DNA from: Armatimonadota bacterium
Lineage (GTDB): Bacteria > Armatimonadota > SYMT01
Assembly (NCBI GenBank): GCA_041690135.1
Contig: JAWLHY010000002.1
Location: 816,342-880,341, forward strand
Direction of reading: 5' to 3'
DNA length: 64,000 bases
The translations under genes were made by a program, and so were the position numbers. The notes below the pieces were generated by a model. That model did no database searches and was not told the DNA's origin. It saw only the letters and a list, made by a program, of their open reading frames with translations. Of this stretch, positions 59,858 to 64,000 are shown in pieces (the stretch's first letter is position 1; every line of letters starts with the position of its first letter).

Positions 59858-60919
59858 TTATTCTCCGTGTCTCCGTGCCTCTGTGGTGAAAAGCTCCGAA
59901 TCCCCCGCGACGGCCGCGATCGTCGCCTCCACGTCTTCCCGCCGGATGTGCCGGTGCGTGACCATGCGGATCGTATCCGGGGTGAGCTGCCCCACCAGGA
60001 TGCCCTGCTCCCGCAGGCAGGTGACCAGGGCGGCGCAGGCAGCCGGTCCCTCCGCCAGCCGGAAGATGACGATGTTCGTCTCCACCGTGGCCACGTTCAG
60101 CTCCACTCCCGGAAGTCGGGAAAGCTTTTCGGCGAGCATGCGTGCGTGGTGGTGATCGTCCGCCAGGCGGTCGACCATGCCCTCCAGTGCCACGATCCCC
60201 GCCGCGGCGAGGACCCCGGCCTGGCGCATCCCGCCGCCGACGCCCTTCCGCACGCGCCGGGCCTTCTCGATAAACTCCCGGCCTCCGCAGAGGATCGAGC
60301 CCACCGGCGCGGAGAGCCCCTTGGAGAGGCAGAACATCACGCTGTCCGCGTGGCAGGCGATCCGGGCGACCGGCACCCCCTGCGCCACCGCGGCATGGAA
60401 CACGCGCGCCCCATCCATGTGCACGGGGATCCCCGCCTCTCTCGCCGCGTCATGGATGGACTCCAGCGTCGCCGGCGGGTATACGCTGCCCCCGCCGCAG
60501 TTATGGGTGTTCTCCACGCACACCAGGCCGGTGCGGGCCTTGTAATAGGGGACCTCCGTGTGGATCGCCGCCCGGACCTGTTCCGGGTCCAGCAGTCCGC
60601 GCTGCCCTTCCAGCGTGGCCGGCAGTACGCCGCTGAGCCAGGCCATGCCACCCAACTCGAACTGCACGAGGTGGGAGCTTCTCTCCAGCACCACTTCGTC
60701 ACCCGGCTGCGTGTGGCACTTCACGGCGATGAGGTTGCCCATCGTGCCGGAAGGGACGAACAGTGCCGCCTCCTTCCCCAACATGCTCGCGGCCAGCTCC
60801 TGCAGCCGGTTGACGGTGGGGTCTTCTCCATAGACATCATCGCCCACCTCGGCGCGCGCCATCGCCTCGCGCATGGCTTCCGTCGGCTGCGTCACGGTAT
60901 CGCTGCGAAGATCGATCAT
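59858..60919 (-). CDS. ltaE: Low-specificity L-threonine aldolase
   Basis: [57 protein letters not shown]. Confidence 0.96.
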   Translation of the reverse strand: MIDLRSDTVTQPTEAMREAMARAEVGDDVYGEDPTVNRLQELAASMLGKEAALFVPSGTMGNLIAVKCHTQPGDEVVLERSSHLVQFELGGMAWLSGVLPATLEGQRGLLDPEQVRAAIHTEVPYYKARTGLVCVENTHNCGGGSVYPPATLESIHDAAREAGIPVHMDGARVFHAAVAQGVPVARIACHADSVMFCLSKGLSAPVGSILCGGREFIEKARRVRKGVGGGMRQAGVLAAAGIVALEGMVDRLADDHHHARMLAEKLSRLPGVELNVATVETNIVIFRLAEGPAACAALVTCLREQGILVGQLTPDTIRMVTHRHIRREDVEATIAAVAGDSELFTTEARRHGE

Positions 60920-61207
60920 GGGCTTGTGGAATCCGTCCTTCAGAGGTCGTGCGCCCTCTCCTCCGGCGCCGTCTTCGCCTCTATTATCCGACCTCCGAGC
61001 GGCAACCCGCTCACCCTTAGTAGGACACCGGTCGCCCAAAGGTTGAGTTTGGGGTCGGATGGCTGGCGGTAGGCTGGTATGGGAGGCTGAGAACCTGCCC
61101 AACGGAGGCAAGCGGAGAGGGGTCGCCGCTCGCTGCCTCTCTCAACCCGGTGGAACCGCGGCGCCTGCGCGGTATGCTCCCACTCGACCGGCGACGAGGA
61201 GGAACCC

Positions 61208-62248
61208 ATGCGCACCGCCACCGCTCGCTTTGCCCTGCTGCTTGCTCTACTGACTGTTTCGCTGACCGGCTGCGCGGCGGTCGAGGAAGATGGGGACGGC
61301 CGCACCTATGCGGCGGTCCGCTCCCGAGCGAGTGTCGGCGTGGCGGCGGCGCGGGCCCGGCGCACCCGGGTGCCGAAGGACCAGTACCTGGCCATCCTCA
61401 CGAAGCGGCGGGCCGAAAACAGCTTCCAGTTCGGCCGCCTCTCCTGCGACCTGTGGGCGCCCTTCCGCTGCGAGACTTCGGGCGGCCTCTACGATCCCCG
61501 GAAGGCGGCCGCCACGGACGGCGCCATCTTCTGCCTGGAGCTGGACGGCCGGGCCACCAATCCACTCCAGTTCTACGGTATCTGCTCCCAGGTGATCAAC
61601 GGGGGGTTGAACGTCTACGCCTACTCCCACACCAGCGGGAGCCCGCTCGGCAGTCAGTTCTTTGCCGGCGCCACCGAAGTGGATCTCGCCATCGAAGCGG
61701 ACGGCGCCAACCTGCGGTTCCTGGCGCGCCCCACCGGGATCACGAACTGGACCTCGCTGGCGCAGTTCCCGTTCGCGAAGCAGACGATCCCGCTGCTGCC
61801 GGCCCTCGGGGTCTCGCGCATGAACGAGGGCGCGCTGGTGGGCTTCGATAACGCCCAGATCACCAGCAACGGCACTGCCCCAGCGTTGCTCCGGCCGGAG
61901 CAGGTACTCTCCCGCGATATCTGGGAGGCGGTCCACCCGCAGGTCCGGGCGCTGCACCTCCTGGACGGCGCCGGCCCGGACTTCCCCGCCGCCACCGCCC
62001 AGCTCACCCAGGCCCAGGTCCTCCTGGAGACGGCCATCGCGACCGCGGAAAGCACCGACCTGGGCGACCCGAAACTGGACAAGCGGGTGCGCCAGGGCCT
62101 CTCCCGGGGACGGACCTCGTTGAACGTGGCCGTGCGCCTCGCCGGAAAGGGTAAAGGCGCGCCCTCGATCGTCAACCGGTTGAAGCAGGGGCTGCTCCAG
62201 CAGATCAACGCCGCCGGGTTGGCTTACCCGCCGGATGCCAATCCATAG
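61208..62248 (+). CDS. Hypothetical lipoprotein
   Basis: GGAGG RBS, LTGC lipobox; beta-sandwich-like middle and helical C-terminus. Confidence 0.7.
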   Translation: MRTATARFALLLALLTVSLTGCAAVEEDGDGRTYAAVRSRASVGVAAARARRTRVPKDQYLAILTKRRAENSFQFGRLSCDLWAPFRCETSGGLYDPRKAAATDGAIFCLELDGRATNPLQFYGICSQVINGGLNVYAYSHTSGSPLGSQFFAGATEVDLAIEADGANLRFLARPTGITNWTSLAQFPFAKQTIPLLPALGVSRMNEGALVGFDNAQITSNGTAPALLRPEQVLSRDIWEAVHPQVRALHLLDGAGPDFPAATAQLTQAQVLLETAIATAESTDLGDPKLDKRVRQGLSRGRTSLNVAVRLAGKGKGAPSIVNRLKQGLLQQINAAGLAYPPDANP

Positions 62249-62333
62249 TATTGTCTGTCGTAGAGGTTGGGTAGGCAGTGACGGGATCAGGGTTGGATGG
62301 AAGGTTGCGGTGAGGTACGTGCTTCCGCCCATT

Positions 62334-62372
62334 CAGCCCCCCGGCCCCCCGGCCCCCAATCCTGGGGGAGAA
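62334..62372. repeat. REP-like hairpin between convergent genes
   Basis: CCCCCGGCCCCCAATCCTGGGGGAG, with a partial second copy CTCCCCCAGCCTCCAATCCTG near 62430. Confidence 0.45.
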
Positions 62373-62525
62373 CCGTAATCGTGACGGCCACCGAGTGCCC
62401 GTGACAGGTGCGAGCTTCCGGCTTTTCGGACTCCCCCAGCCTCCAATCCTGCGGGTGCCTAGCTGGGGAAATCTGGATCCTCTGACGGCTTCCCGATGTC
62501 CACTGCCTGCTGTTCTCCCTTCGAC

Positions 62526-64000
62526 CTACCTCAGGGTTCGGCTGTGGGTCCAGCTCACCGTGTCCCAGAGTTGAATCTGGGCGTCCCCATCCCCAATGGC
62601 GAGAAGGGTCCCCCGGGGGTGCCAGGCCAGGCTCTTCGGGTCGGCCGGGCATTTCAGCCGGTGGGCGAGGGTCCCGGCCTGCGGGTCCCAGATCTGGACC
62701 ACGGGGCTGGCGTTGACGGTCACGGCGAGGAGCTTGCTGTCGGGGCTCCAGGCCAGGCGCTGGTATCCGGGGTGGGCTCTAAACGCTTCATTCAGGCTCT
62801 TCAGGGTGTGCCTGATCTTCAAACCGTCCCCCTCCAGGATGAGGACGCCGGTGGGGCCGGCAGCCGCCAGCAGCTTCCCATCGGGGCTCCAGGCGAGATC
62901 GAGCAAAAGGAAATCCGGTAGGGAGACCTGGTGGATCGGATCGCCGGTCTCCCGGTCGTAAATCACCACGCGGGGGTCCTTCTGGAACGGGCTGCCGGCG
63001 GCGCAGGCGATCCGGGAAGAGGAAGGGTTCCACGCGATGCAGCTTGCGTCGATCGGCAAAACCTTCCCCTGTACCAGTGTGTTTCCGCTGCCGGAGCGCT
63101 GCCAGAGCTGGACGGCCCCCGGCTTGTTGCTCAGTTCATTCCGGGTGTGAGCGGTAGCGAGCCAGCGGCCGTCGGGCGACCACCTGGCCGCGCGCAGCAT
63201 GCCGGCGCTGTCTTCCCAGGGAACGGTTCCGGCGGGCCCGCCGGTCTTCGCGTCCCAGAGCGCCGGGCGGATGCCGGCGGTCACCAGCCAGGATGAGCCG
63301 GGCTGCCAGTGGACCATCGATGCGTTTGCCGCCGTGTCAATGGTCTTGCCGGCGCTGCCGGTTGCCGGCTCCCACACGCGCACGAGGCGGTCCGTCCCCC
63401 CGGCGGAGGCCAGGGCGGCGCCGTCGGCGCTCCAGCTCAAAGCGGCAATCACGTCGCGGTGGCCCACCGGCCGGGATTGCGGATTGGTTGTCCGACGGCT
63501 GGGACGGGCCACGTCCCACAGCCTAACGGTGCTATCCACCCGTCCGCCGGTGGCCAGGTGAGCGCCCGCCGGTGGCCAGGCAACCACGCGCGCATGGTTC
63601 GTGTGACCGTAAAGCACGGCCTGTTCTTTCATGGCCGGTAGGTTCCACAACCGGATGGCGGCGTCGTCGGAAGCAGTGGCAAGCCATTCTCCCGTGGGGT
63701 CCCAGGCGATATCGTTGATGATGCCTTCCTTGCCCTTAAGGCGCGCCACTTCGCGCCCGGAAGGAAACTCACGGACCGCGATGTTGCCGAACCAGCTGCA
63801 AGCGATGCGGGTGTTGTCCGGGCTCCAGGCGAACCCGCCCGTGCATTCGCGGTCGCCTGCGGTGCCCGTGGGCACGTCCAGGCCGGTCGCGGCCTCTACC
63901 AGCTTCACCTCCAGCGCATCCAGGGCGAGGAGAGCCAGAAACCGCCCGTCGGCACTCCACTTGACGTGGCGGAGGATGCCCTTGGCGTTCTCAAGGGTGC
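62526..64000 (-). CDS. WD40-repeat protein, 5' end outside the window
   Basis: Repeats GH...V.W.P.G..LATG..D.TVRLWD; frame stays open to the window edge. Confidence 0.9.
   Translation of the reverse strand, partial: TLENAKGILRHVKWSADGRFLALLALDALEVKLVEAATGLDVPTGTAGDRECTGGFAWSPDNTRIACSWFGNIAVREFPSGREVARLKGKEGIINDIAWDPTGEWLATASDDAAIRLWNLPAMKEQAVLYGHTNHARVVAWPPAGAHLATGGRVDSTVRLWDVARPSRRTTNPQSRPVGHRDVIAALSWSADGAALASAGGTDRLVRVWEPATGSAGKTIDTAANASMVHWQPGSSWLVTAGIRPALWDAKTGGPAGTVPWEDSAGMLRAARWSPDGRWLATAHTRNELSNKPGAVQLWQRSGSGNTLVQGKVLPIDASCIAWNPSSSRIACAAGSPFQKDPRVVIYDRETGDPIHQVSLPDFLLLDLAWSPDGKLLAAAGPTGVLILEGDGLKIRHTLKSLNEAFRAHPGYQRLAWSPDSKLLAVTVNASPVVQIWDPQAGTLAHRLKCPADPKSLAWHPRGTLLAIGDGDAQIQLWDTVSWTHSRTLR

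Noticed and set aside
59231-59889. ORFs 59231..59758, 59326..59889 and 59376..60155 as proteins, or the 78-bp repeats as CRISPR
   Set aside because: The frames are built from a terminator and repeats. There are only two whole-unit duplicates, no unique spacers and no cas genes.

Overview
High-GC bacterial chromosomal window with about 52 protein-coding genes. I saw no rRNA, tRNA, CRISPR array, integrase or transposase. The gene repertoire (Lnt, Tat/lipoprotein signals, PQQ/NHL/WD40 propellers, BatA-VWA) suggests a diderm such as Armatimonadota or Planctomycetota; this is inference only. Layout: (1) 1-13 kb, a patchwork of small accessory genes: two GH1-like hydrolases, GNAT, AlkD-like, Imm49-like, HIT, gluQ, esterase, a broken antitoxin/retropepsin pair and an LMW-PTP. 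(2) 13-21 kb, exported oxidoreductase, TPR-Yip1, PQQ propeller, RidA and a sugar ABC system without ATPase. (3) 21-32.5 kb, a stress and repair neighbourhood: orphan ParB with Zn ribbon, 8-oxoG glycosylase, Hsp20, Lon and a Rad52/DdrA-like annealer with an SOS-like box. (4) 34.4-45.5 kb, the most unusual part: an A-B-A-B array of four paralogous exported STN/N0-like proteins, a PAS-GGDEF-degenerate HD-GYP protein, and an ECF sigma with a ZAS anti-sigma that ends in its own STN-like domain. This is a candidate receptor-less envelope signalling system. (5) 45.6-64 kb, NHL-VWA-[MNT-like/HEPN]-lnt operon, nadB, amidase, CHRD, ltaE and WD40. Intergenic DNA carries at least two dispersed repeat families, GTAG-type REP-like hairpins and many short tandem repeats. 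All product calls come from motif recognition by eye, not database searches.
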